From contig CBDFIQ010000002.1 in NCBI GenBank assembly GCA_965248195.1, positions 2,368,001 through 2,432,000 of the forward strand: a DNA stretch of 64,000 bases. Direction: 5' to 3'. A model generated the notes under the pieces. The model was not told where the DNA came from. It saw nothing but the letters and a program-made list of their open reading frames with translations, and did not search any database. Origin of the DNA: Longimicrobiales bacterium (lineage in GTDB: Bacteria > Gemmatimonadota > Gemmatimonadetes > Longimicrobiales > Gaopeijiaceae). A program made the translations under genes and the position numbers. Numbering within the stretch: the stretch's first letter is position 1; each line of letters opens with the position of its first letter. This document shows positions 29,295 to 38,451 of the stretch, piece after piece.

Positions 29295-29615
29295 GAAGGC
29301 TGTTGAAGGAGTACAGTGGGCCGCGTTGCGGATGCCACGGTCCTAGCTCCTAGGCGGAGCGACGACGCCATAGCCGTAGCTATGGCTAGGAACTCCAACA
29401 ACGGGGGCACCACGCGCAGCGTGGTCGGGGCCGTGCCACCGCAACCCACAAACATGCAAGGTCATGCCCTAAATGGTGGAGGGCACAGGGCGGTTGTGCG
29501 GTTGATCCTGCGTCTCTCCTCCTCACCGTAGCGTTGCTACGCCTCGTCGTCGTTCCTTGTCTGAACGCGCACAAGCGCCCTGTGCGCGCCCCGCTGTACT
29601 CCTTCAATAGCCTTC
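29295..29615. mobile_element. Structured repeat, copy 2, 321 bp, flanked by AAATGG direct repeats
   Basis: TIRs GAAGGCTGTTGAAGGAGTACAG / CTGTACTCCTTCAATAGCCTTC; AAATGG at 29289-29294 and 29616-29621. Confidence 0.9.
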
Positions 29616-29678
29616 AAATGGAAGACGCGGTAAACTCTACGCGAATCCCTGAACGTCACTCTTCCGACATCACAAGCC

Positions 29679-30890
29679 ATGGCACCGGACGAATTTCGTC
29701 CACCCCGACGGATCCTGCTGGTCGATTGCGACGCGTTTTACGTTCAGGTGGCACGCCTCGAGGATCCCGAGGGTGCGGGGAAGGCAGACTTACTCCTCGT
29801 CGGCGGCTCCCCCCGGGGACGTGGCGTCGTCACATCCGCATCTTACGGGGCACGCCGGTTCGGTGTTCGGTCCGCGATGCCCACCGCCCAAGCCCTCCAC
29901 CTGTGCCCGGACGCGATCGTCGTGGGCGTCCCGCGGCGGGCGTGTAGTCAAAAGAGCCGCGAGATCAGATCCTGCCTAGAGAGGCTCGCACCCGTCGTGC
30001 AGGCCGCATCGATCGACGAGTTCTACTTGGACCTCGCGGGCACCGAACGTCTTTTCGGCGAACCGCTGGAAGCGACGGCCCACCGCATACGCGAAGCCGT
30101 CCTCGAGGCGACCCGCATCTCGGTGTCCGTCGGAGGTGGAAGTCGTCGAATGATCGCCAAGCTCGCCTCCGGTAGGGCCAAACCCGGAGGCGTGCACATC
30201 GTCCCGCCGGGCCACGAGGCAGATTTCATGAGGGGGCTGGACTTGGCTGAAATTCCAGGCGTGGGCCCGGCGCTGGTCGAGGCGCTGCGAGTGAGGGGGC
30301 TGGTTCGCATCGAAGACGCTCTGGGACTCAAACAGGAGTGGCTCGAACGGTGGTTCGGGGCCCGTCGGGGGCACTGGCTCTACCGTCGCATGCGAGGACT
30401 GGATGCGTCGAGGGTGGATCCACGGGAGCCCCGTAAGTCCATCAGCTCCGAGCGCACGTTCTTCCAGGACCTGAATTCGGACGAAGACCTGGAGCGTGTG
30501 CTCCTACGCCTCTGCAGATCGGTCACTCACACCCTCCGCAAGGCCGGCCTTCGGGCCCGAACCATCACCGTCAAGCTCAGGGACCGGGACTTCAAGACCC
30601 GTTCACGCTCACAGACGGTGGCGGAGCCGCTTGAGACCGACGCCGCCACGTACCGGATCGCCCGAGAACTCTTGGCGGAATTGAGAAGCCGACGCAGGAC
30701 TCCCGCACGGCTCCTCGGCGTGGGCCTGACCAAATTGGGCTCGGGAGACGGTCCCGTCCAAATCGGACTGTTCGAGGAGAAGGCTCGCTTGGAAGGCCAC
30801 CGAGAACGGACGCTCGACCACGTCGTGGACGGTCTGCGCCAGCGCTTCGGGGACCGCGTGGTCCTGCCCGGTCGCATCATCGGGGATTGA
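29679..30890 (+). CDS. dinB: DNA polymerase IV (Y family)
   Basis: DCDAFY, SASY.AR.FGV.SAMP, SIDEFYLD, AKLAS..KP.G, KSISSERTF. Confidence 0.95.
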   Translation: MAPDEFRPPRRILLVDCDAFYVQVARLEDPEGAGKADLLLVGGSPRGRGVVTSASYGARRFGVRSAMPTAQALHLCPDAIVVGVPRRACSQKSREIRSCLERLAPVVQAASIDEFYLDLAGTERLFGEPLEATAHRIREAVLEATRISVSVGGGSRRMIAKLASGRAKPGGVHIVPPGHEADFMRGLDLAEIPGVGPALVEALRVRGLVRIEDALGLKQEWLERWFGARRGHWLYRRMRGLDASRVDPREPRKSISSERTFFQDLNSDEDLERVLLRLCRSVTHTLRKAGLRARTITVKLRDRDFKTRSRSQTVAEPLETDAATYRIARELLAELRSRRRTPARLLGVGLTKLGSGDGPVQIGLFEEKARLEGHRERTLDHVVDGLRQRFGDRVVLPGRIIGD

Positions 30891-30915
30891 CCGAAAGGCG
30901 TCGGAGGCCTGGCCT

Positions 30916-32616
30916 CTAGACCTTACCGCTGACCTTCCAGGGCTTTCTTTCAAAGTAGTCGTCGGTCAATTCCTTGATCTTTCCGGAAAGCAGGACCAAC
31001 GCGATCAGATTGGGGAGGATCACGATCCCTAGAGCAATATCTCCCAATTCCCATACGAGATTCAGAGCAACCAACGCCCCCACGTAGTGCATGATCAGGT
31101 AGACGACCTTATACGGTAGTACGGCCCCTTCACCGAATAGGTAGATCGCACAGCGGTCCCCGTAGTAGCTCCACGCTATGGCAGTGGAGATGCCGAAGAG
31201 GAAGACCGAAAGAATCACGATGTAATGGCCCCAATCGCCGAGAGGGGAGAGTCCCCTTCTGAAGGCATTCGTCGTGAGCGGTGCTCCACTCTCGACCGCC
31301 ATTCCCCAGAGCGACGTATAAACCGTACCGTCGTCTCCCACGGCCTCGCCTCGGGCCGGAAACACCGAACCGGTAAACGCCTGCGTCCTGCCCTCGTCCG
31401 TGGAAAACATTTCCACTGCCACTTCGTGCCACGCCACTAGAGCCGCACTCCCAGCAACGTGTGCTCCGCCTTGGATTCGGATCTCGGCGGGCAGATCGAC
31501 GTCTTCATATCCCGCCTCTGCGTCTCCGGAGACCCAACTGAGATCACCACCCTCGAGTGTGATTTCGGTGGGGAAGCGCTCATCGTATACGCCCGTCATT
31601 ACGATCACGAGCGCCGTCATCGTGACGATCACGATGGTGTCGATAAAGGGCCCGAGAAGTGCGACTACGGCCTCGGAGACGGGCTCTTCCGTCTTCGCGG
31701 CCGCGTGGGCGATGGGCGCGGACCCCTGACCCGCCTCATTGGAGAAGAGGCCTCGATTGACGCCCCAGATCATGGTGACGAGGATGGCGCCCACCCCAGT
31801 ACCCGCCACTCCAGCCGTGGGATTGAACGCCTCGCTGAAGATCGTGGTGAAGGCAGGGACCACCTCTCCCAGGTTCATGAAAACGATGAGCAGGGCGGAC
31901 AGCACATAAACGGCAGCCATGAACGGGGCCAGAATACTCGTGATGCGACCGATGCGGGTTATACCTCCCAGAATCACTGAGGCCACGATCGTGACCGTGA
32001 TCGCACCCGTGATCCACACGGGAATGCCAAACGCGGTCCCGGCGGTATCGGCCACCGTGTTAGCCTGAATGGCATTCCCCGTGAAGAAAGCCGTGAACCC
32101 CAGCATTCCGGCGAAGAAAACGGCCATCCACTTCCAGTTCGCCCCCAGCCCGTGCTCGATGTAATACATGGGTCCGCCGGAGACGGTGCCCACCACCTTG
32201 GCCGCGTCTTGGTGCACCGAGCGGTAATGCATGGACAGAGCGACCTCGGCATACTTGGTGGCCATTCCGAGGATCGCGGTCAGCCACATCCAGACCAAAG
32301 CACCGGGGCCTCCCCAGTGAACGGCCAGCGCGACGCCGGCGATGTTACCGATGCCGACTGTGGCGGAAAGTGCGGTCGAGAGCGCTTGGAAATGGGAGAC
32401 ATCGCCGGTGCTTTCGGGATCATCGTAGCGGCCCGTGGCAACCGCGACGCCATGGCCGAAGTGCCGAAGCTGGATAAACCCGAGGCGGAGCGTAAGGAAC
32501 GCGCCCGCCCCGATGAGGGCGATAACCACGAGGGGAATCGTCGAGTCCCCCACAGGAATCCCCGCCTCCCATACGAATACTCGGACGGCGGTGACGAGGT
32601 TCTCGAGAGTTTCCAT
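30916..32616 (-). CDS. Alanine/glycine:cation symporter (AGCS family)
   Basis: SHFQAL.TAL.ATVGIGNIAGV, GGPGA..WMW, GGPMYYI, RGLFSNEAGQGS, WSYYG. Confidence 0.93.
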   Translation of the reverse strand: METLENLVTAVRVFVWEAGIPVGDSTIPLVVIALIGAGAFLTLRLGFIQLRHFGHGVAVATGRYDDPESTGDVSHFQALSTALSATVGIGNIAGVALAVHWGGPGALVWMWLTAILGMATKYAEVALSMHYRSVHQDAAKVVGTVSGGPMYYIEHGLGANWKWMAVFFAGMLGFTAFFTGNAIQANTVADTAGTAFGIPVWITGAITVTIVASVILGGITRIGRITSILAPFMAAVYVLSALLIVFMNLGEVVPAFTTIFSEAFNPTAGVAGTGVGAILVTMIWGVNRGLFSNEAGQGSAPIAHAAAKTEEPVSEAVVALLGPFIDTIVIVTMTALVIVMTGVYDERFPTEITLEGGDLSWVSGDAEAGYEDVDLPAEIRIQGGAHVAGSAALVAWHEVAVEMFSTDEGRTQAFTGSVFPARGEAVGDDGTVYTSLWGMAVESGAPLTTNAFRRGLSPLGDWGHYIVILSVFLFGISTAIAWSYYGDRCAIYLFGEGAVLPYKVVYLIMHYVGALVALNLVWELGDIALGIVILPNLIALVLLSGKIKELTDDYFERKPWKVSGKV

Positions 32617-32628
32617 TACGCATCCCTT

Positions 32629-32674
32629 GAAGGCTATTGAGGAAGTACAGTGGGCCGCGTTGCGAATGCCACGG
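32629..32674. mobile_element. Truncated left end of the structured repeat (46 bp)
   Basis: GAAGGCTATTGAGGAAGTACAGTGGGCCGCGTTGCGAATGCCACGG matches the first 46 nt of the full copies. Confidence 0.85.
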
Positions 32675-32743
32675 AGGAAAGCGGAGAAGATTGTGTGGTG
32701 AGGTCACCTGGGCAAGGTGATCCGAAGGACCTCGGGTCAGTAA

Positions 32744-33133
32744 GAAGGCTGCTGAAGGAGTACAGTGGGCCGCGTTGCGGATGCCACGGTCCTAGCTCCT
32801 AGGCGGAGCGACGACGCCCTAGCATTCGCTACGGCTAGGAGCTCCAACAACGGAGATGGGGCCGTGCCACCGCAACCCACGAACGTGTAAGGTCATGCCC
32901 TAAATGGTGGAGGGCACATGGCGGTTGCGCGGTTGATCCTGCGTCTCTCGTCGTCGCCGTAGAAGGACTACGACTCCTCGTCGTTCGTTCTTCGCCTTCG
33001 GCTCAGGTGCCGCGGAAACCAATGTCGATCGCCGAACATCAAGTCCGCGACGTTGTCTGAACGTGCGCAAGCGCGGGGCACCCACGCCGAAGGCGTGGGT
33101 CGCGCGACCCGCTGTACTCCTTCAGCAGCCTTC
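32744..33133. mobile_element. Structured repeat, copy 3, 390 bp, with internal insertions
   Basis: TIRs GAAGGCTGCTGAAGGAGTACAG / CTGTACTCCTTCAGCAGCCTTC; same arms and centre as copies 1 and 2. Confidence 0.9.
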
Positions 33134-33491
33134 AAGGATCCGACAACATCCGTCCGAGAGGGCGACCACCGAGCAGGTGTAGATGCACGTGGAAAACTTC
33201 CTGGCCGGCGTGGGCCCTGCAGTTCAGGATGAGCCTGTATCCCGTCTCGTCGATCCCCTCTTCCTCAGCAAGCCTGGCAGCCACGCGGATCATGCGTCCG
33301 AGGGCCGCCTCGTCCTCTTCGGCCACGTCGGCAAGCGTCGGAACCGGTTTGTTGGGGACGACGAGAATGTGGGTCGGCGCTTGGGGTTGGACATCCCGAA
33401 AAGCCGTTACCAACTCGTCTTGATAGACGAGATCGGCCGGGATTTCCCTTCGGACGATCTGAGCGAACACCGTGTCCGTCATTCTGAACAC
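33132..33491 (-). CDS. hinT: Histidine triad nucleotide-binding protein
   Basis: [28 protein letters not shown]; stop TGA overlaps the repeat end. Confidence 0.92.
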   Translation of the reverse strand: MFRMTDTVFAQIVRREIPADLVYQDELVTAFRDVQPQAPTHILVVPNKPVPTLADVAEEDEAALGRMIRVAARLAEEEGIDETGYRLILNCRAHAGQEVFHVHLHLLGGRPLGRMLSDP

Positions 33492-33537
33492 CGTCCCGCG
33501 TTGGGGCGGCGGGGCGCGGCCATGAAGCTGCCGCCGG

Positions 33538-34740
33538 CTACCCTACCGCGTTGATCATGTCGAAGATAGGAAGATACATGGCCACGATCATTCCACCCAC
33601 TACCACGCCGAGCACGACGATCATGATCGGCTCCATGGCGGCCAGGAGCACCTCGACCGCCGCGTCGACCTCATCGTCGTAGAAGTCCGCGATCTTCGTC
33701 AGCATGTTGTCCAAGCCGCCTGTCTGCTCACCAACGTTGATCATCTGAACCACCATCGGCGGGAACACCCCCGACTCCTTGAGGGGCCCAGCGATCGTCT
33801 CCCCGCCGGCGATGGAGGCTCGCGAACTCATGACCGCGTCGTGGATCACCCGGTTGCCCGCAGTCTTCGCCGTGATCTCGAGTCCTTCCAGGATCGAGAC
33901 GCCGGAAGACACCAGGGTCCCCAGCGTTCGCGTAAACCGCGCGACCGCAGCCTTGCGTTGGAGATCTCCCAGGATCGGCATCGAAAGCATGAGCCTGTCG
34001 ATCGCGAGTTGCCCCCCGTCGGTAGCGTAGATCGCCCGAATCGCGAAGAAACTGGCCACGATCCCGATCAGAAGCGCCCACCAGAACGCCTGCAGGAACG
34101 CCGACATTCCGATCACGACTCGCGTCGGAAGCGGAAGCGGGATGCCCGCCGACTCGAACATCGTCTGGAACGTCGGGATCACGAATATCAAGAGAATGAC
34201 GATGGCCATCCCGGCCACGGAGAAGATCACGGACGGATAGACCATGGCACCCTTGATCTTCCTTATGAGGGCGTCGTTCTTCTCGAGGAAGGTGGCCAGA
34301 CGCAGCAGAATGGTATCGAGGATACCACCCGCCTCACCCGCGGACACCATGTTGACGAAGAGCTCGGTGAAGACCTTCGGGTGCTTCCCCATCGCGGAGG
34401 CGAGCGTATGGCCCGACTCGACGTCGTACAGCACTTCCCTGAGGACCTTGGCGAAGGCCGCGTTCTCCGTCTGCTCAGCCAGGATGTCCAGGCTCTGCAC
34501 GAGAGGAAGACCCGAGTTGATCATCGTCGCGAACTGTCGCGTGAAGATCACGATGTCGCGAGTCGTGATCCCCGTGCCGAATTGAATCGACAGCTGCTTC
34601 GGCTGCTCGCGTACAGCAACCGGGATCATCCTCTGCTTATGCAGAAAGGCGAGGACGTCCTCCTTGTTGGCAAGATCGATCTTGCCCTCTTTGATGTCGC
34701 CACCCGCTGCAGGGCGGGCACTCCAGTCGAAGGTCGGCAT
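33538..34740 (-). CDS. pilC: Type IV pilus platform protein
   Basis: [45 protein letters not shown]. Confidence 0.95.
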   Translation of the reverse strand: MPTFDWSARPAAGGDIKEGKIDLANKEDVLAFLHKQRMIPVAVREQPKQLSIQFGTGITTRDIVIFTRQFATMINSGLPLVQSLDILAEQTENAAFAKVLREVLYDVESGHTLASAMGKHPKVFTELFVNMVSAGEAGGILDTILLRLATFLEKNDALIRKIKGAMVYPSVIFSVAGMAIVILLIFVIPTFQTMFESAGIPLPLPTRVVIGMSAFLQAFWWALLIGIVASFFAIRAIYATDGGQLAIDRLMLSMPILGDLQRKAAVARFTRTLGTLVSSGVSILEGLEITAKTAGNRVIHDAVMSSRASIAGGETIAGPLKESGVFPPMVVQMINVGEQTGGLDNMLTKIADFYDDEVDAAVEVLLAAMEPIMIVVLGVVVGGMIVAMYLPIFDMINAVG

Positions 34741-34766
34741 CTTGGTTTACCTACTCCTTGGGTTGG

Positions 34767-35900
34767 TCAGGCCGTCGGCGTTTCACCCACAGCGCGCAGA
34801 AATTCGTTAGGGTCGGCGGAGCGCTTGAGCGCCTCCTCCTTGGTGATGACGCCCTGCAAATAGAGCACCTGAAAAGCGTCGTTCATCGTCTGCATGCCAT
34901 GCTTCTTCCCGGCCTGCATGAGCGAATAGATCTGATGGATCTTCTCGTCACGGATGACGGCGCGGACCGCCGGAGTGCAGATCATGACCTCCACGGCGCA
35001 GACTCGGCCACGTCCTTGGGCCACCGGGAGCAGCATCTGTGTAACCACTCCTTCTAGAATGAAGGCGAGCTGCGCACGCACCTGCGACTGCTGGTGAGAG
35101 GGGAAGGCGTCGATGATGCGGTTGATGGACTCGGCGGCGGAGTTGGTGTGAAGCGTAGCGAGCACCAGGTGCCCGGTCTCGGCGATCGTGAGTGCTGCGC
35201 TGATCGTTTCCAGATCCCGCATCTCACCGATCAGGATAATGTCGGGGTCCTGCCGAAGTGAATACTTGAGCGCCTATGAGAAGCTCTGTGTATCGGCCCC
35301 TACTTCACGCTGGTTCACCATGCACTTTTGGTGCCGATGGATGAACTCGATCGGATCCTCGATGGTGATGATGTGCCCGCGACGTTCGCGGTTGATCTTG
35401 TCCACCAAGGCGGCCAGCGTGGTCGACTTCCCCGACCCCGTGGGGCCCGTTACGAGAACGAGCCCGCGCGGGCGTTCCGCCAACTTGGAAACGATCGGGG
35501 GCAGGCCGAGCTCTTTGACGTTGGTGATCTGGTGCGGGATCTGCCGGATCGCCATGGCCACGCAGCCGCGCTGCTTGAACACGTTGCCACGGAACCGGGA
35601 GAGCTTCTGAACGCCGAAAGAGAAGTCCAACTCGTCCTCGGTCTCGAAGCGCTTCTTCTGGTTCTCCGTGAGGATCGAGTACGAAATCTGAAGCGTGTCC
35701 TTCGGCGTCAAGATATGATTGATCGCAGAATCTTGGAGTTCTCCGTCGATCCGGATCTTCGCCCTCACACCCGCCGTGACATGGAGGTCGGAGGCTCCCT
35801 TTTGGATCATCTCCTGAAGGAGGAGCCGAAGATTGACCTCCGTGGGCGGAGTCGCCTGCTTTGGGGGTTTAGCCTCGGCCGTCGATGTCGGTTGGTTCAT
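34767..35900 (-). pseudogene. pilT: Retraction ATPase PilT with one in-frame TAG at 35274-35276
   Basis: Continuous frame ASDLH...GPTGSGKSTT...EDPIE...[28 protein letters not shown]...ETGHL..TLHT. Confidence 0.9.
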
Positions 35901-35931
35901 TCTGTTCGCTTTAGGAAAGAGTGTTCATAGG

Positions 35932-37647
35932 TCAATCGGCGGTCGTGGTCTCCTTAATTACCTCCTCCAATGTCGTGGCGCCTCTTTCGACCTTTTTGAG
36001 GCCGTCCATGCGAAGAGTGAGCATGCCATTGTCCAGCGCCACCTGTCGAAGTTCGTCGGTGCTGGCCTCCGTCATGATCGCCTTCCGGATCGACGAGTTG
36101 ACAAGCATGACCTCATACAGACCCTGACGCCCCTTGTACCCGGTGCCACCACATGCATCACAGCCCTCTCCCTTGTAAAAGGTCTGGGCACCGGCCCAGT
36201 CGAGCGGGACATGCGCGGACGTCAGGAATTCCTCTGGGTATGTCGTTTCCACCTTACAATCCGAACAGATTCTGCGGAGGAGCCGCTGGGCCGTGAGACA
36301 ATTCAAAGCCGCGGCCAGATTGAAGGGCTCCAACCCCATGTCGATCATTCTCGTGATCGTCGAGGGCGTGTCGTTCGTGTGCAGCGTGGAGAGCACGAGG
36401 TGACCCGTGAGCGCGGCCTTGATGGCGATGCCCCCCGTCTCGAGGTCTCGAATCTCACCGACCATAATGATGTTCGGGTCCTGCCTCAGGAACGCCTTGA
36501 GCGCCTCCGCAAACCCCATCCCGATCTCGGTGCGGACGAGGACCTGGTTGATCCCGTGGAGGTTGTACTCCACCGGGTCCTCGACGGTCATGATGTTCAC
36601 GCCGTCATGGTTGATCTGGGAGAGGGCGGAGTAGAGAGTGGTGGTTTTCCCGGATCCGGTTGGGCCCGTCACCAGGACCATGCCGTACGGATTCGAGATC
36701 GCCCCCATGAATTCCTTCTCGGCCTGGGCCTCGAACCCGAACGAGCTGAGATCGAACGTGAGGTTCCCCGCATCCAGGATACGCAGCACGATTTTTTCGC
36801 CGAAAATCACTGGGAGCGTAGAGACACGGAAGTCGACCACCTTCCGTTTCAAGCGGAGCTTGATGCGCCCGTCCTGGGGGACCCGGCGCTCCGCAATGTT
36901 CAGGTCGGAAAGAATCTTGATCCGAGAAACGAGTGCCGCTTTCATCTTCAACGGCGGCTTCAGGACTTCGTAAAGCTCTCCGTCTAACCGATAGCGGACT
37001 CGGATTTCCTTCTCATACGGTTCGATGTGTATGTCGGAAACGCCCCTGCGGACCGCATCGGTGAGGAGTCCGTTGATGAACTTGACGACCGGTGCGTCCT
37101 CGACCTGGCTCTGGAGAGCAGCGAGGCTCTCCTCCTCTTCATCGTCTTCGACGAACTCGAGGTCCTCTTCGGAAAAATCGCCGAGAAGGTCGTCGACCTG
37201 GTCATCCGAGACGCCGTAATACTTCTCCAAATGCTTCCGTAGGGTGTACTCACCGACGATCACCGGCTCGATATCGAACCGGGTCTTGAACCGCAGGACG
37301 TCGATGGCTTCGATCTCGGACGGGTTGGCCATCGCCACGGTCAGGGTCCGGCCCACCCTGCGCAGCGGAAGCACGAGGTGTTTGTACGCCATCTCCCCAT
37401 CGATGAGCTTATAGATCTTGGGGTCAACCTCGACCTTCTCAAGGTCGACCGCCGGAAGGCGGTACTGCTTGGAGAGCATCCGAGTCAGCTCGTTTTCGCC
37501 CACGAACCCAAGCTTGACAAGAGAAAATCCTATACGTGTTTCACCCTCCTTGGCGTCTTCAAGCGCGGCTTGGAGTTGTTCGGCATCGATGAGACCCTCT
37601 CGAACGAACAGGTCACCGAGGCGAAGTTCTGCGACGTTGGTCGCCAT
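35932..37647 (-). CDS. pilB: Type IV pilus extension ATPase
   Basis: SDIHIEP, PQDGR, GPTGSGKTTT, LRQDP..IMVGEIRD, zinc-site Cys pairs; N-terminal RLG..G-type motif. Confidence 0.95.
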   Translation of the reverse strand: MATNVAELRLGDLFVREGLIDAEQLQAALEDAKEGETRIGFSLVKLGFVGENELTRMLSKQYRLPAVDLEKVEVDPKIYKLIDGEMAYKHLVLPLRRVGRTLTVAMANPSEIEAIDVLRFKTRFDIEPVIVGEYTLRKHLEKYYGVSDDQVDDLLGDFSEEDLEFVEDDEEEESLAALQSQVEDAPVVKFINGLLTDAVRRGVSDIHIEPYEKEIRVRYRLDGELYEVLKPPLKMKAALVSRIKILSDLNIAERRVPQDGRIKLRLKRKVVDFRVSTLPVIFGEKIVLRILDAGNLTFDLSSFGFEAQAEKEFMGAISNPYGMVLVTGPTGSGKTTTLYSALSQINHDGVNIMTVEDPVEYNLHGINQVLVRTEIGMGFAEALKAFLRQDPNIIMVGEIRDLETGGIAIKAALTGHLVLSTLHTNDTPSTITRMIDMGLEPFNLAAALNCLTAQRLLRRICSDCKVETTYPEEFLTSAHVPLDWAGAQTFYKGEGCDACGGTGYKGRQGLYEVMLVNSSIRKAIMTEASTDELRQVALDNGMLTLRMDGLKKVERGATTLEEVIKETTTAD

Positions 37648-37745
37648 CGCTGGAGCCCTCCGGCAAGGCAGAATTGGGTGGAAACGTTTGTGTCCCTAAC
37701 GCCAAAGTTAGATTCGATTGCCCCCGGGGTGCAAGAACAAAAAAC

Positions 37746-38414
37746 TCAACCTCCAATGAGAACGAGCGACCTAATTCGTTCGATGGTGGCCGGGCCGATT
37801 CCCCGGACGGATCGAAGCTCCTCCAACCCCCGGAATCTCCCAAGTTCTTGTCGTAGTGTCAGGATACGCTCCGCGATCACCGGGCCGACTCCCGGAATTC
37901 TCTCCAATTCTTCCCGGCTCGCACGGTTGAGGTCGAGACGGGCCGGCCTGTGAGCCGCCGGATTCCCGACCGGCCGAGAGGGCACGGCCGCATCACCAAA
38001 CCGGGGCTGAGTCGACCATTCGAGGTAGGGTGTAATTCTGGCAAGGGTTGACGGTCCCACGCCCGGCACCGATAGAAGATCCCGCGGCTCGGCGAACGGC
38101 CCACGTTCCTGCCTCATTTGAACGATTCTTGCGGCCACGGCAGGACCCACGCCCGGTAGGCGATCCAGATCCTCCTCTCCCGCAGTGTTCGGGTCGATCC
38201 GTTCACCGCTGGATAGTGGACGCGCACGCCTCTGGGCCTCGTCCCGGCTTCCCCGGCTCTCATCCAGGAGCACGGCCAGCCCGGACGAATCCTGGACCAC
38301 GGCTCCTTGGGTCGTCACCTGGCTCCGGACGCCTTCCGCCACGATTCTAAGTAGGCCGAGGCCCAGCACCAACAGAGCGGCGTGCCTGAGAGCGCGGGTC
38401 TCGGAGAAGGTCAT
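37746..38414 (-). CDS. comEA: ComEA-family DNA-binding protein with two HhH domains
   Basis: TM segment, then IDPNTA..EDL.RLPGVGP..A.RI and LDLNRAS.EEL.RIPGVGP; start taken at ATG 38414. Confidence 0.85.
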   Translation of the reverse strand: MTFSETRALRHAALLVLGLGLLRIVAEGVRSQVTTQGAVVQDSSGLAVLLDESRGSRDEAQRRARPLSSGERIDPNTAGEEDLDRLPGVGPAVAARIVQMRQERGPFAEPRDLLSVPGVGPSTLARITPYLEWSTQPRFGDAAVPSRPVGNPAAHRPARLDLNRASREELERIPGVGPVIAERILTLRQELGRFRGLEELRSVRGIGPATIERIRSLVLIGG

Positions 38415-38451
38415 TCGCCACGGTGCGGCCGGCGGCCGGGCGTCGCCATGG

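Noticed and set aside
29225..29607. Small ORFs inside the repeats (e.g. LLEFLAIATAMASSLRLG peptide)
   Set aside because: Starts and stops differ between copies and lie in stems; by-products of the repeat
32692..32703. 12-mer TGTGTGGTGAGG shared with 63842-63853
   Set aside because: A single 12-bp match is expected by chance in 64 kb
14176..33133. Repeat copies as CRISPR array, ribozyme or group I/II intron
   Set aside because: Copies are dispersed with no repeat-spacer periodicity or cas genes; I found no hammerhead core or group I/II terminal and catalytic motifs by eye
35274..35276. Pyrrolysine or genetic-code reassignment of TAG
   Set aside because: TAG terminates many intact genes here (topA, pilQ, pilC); no pyl genes in the window
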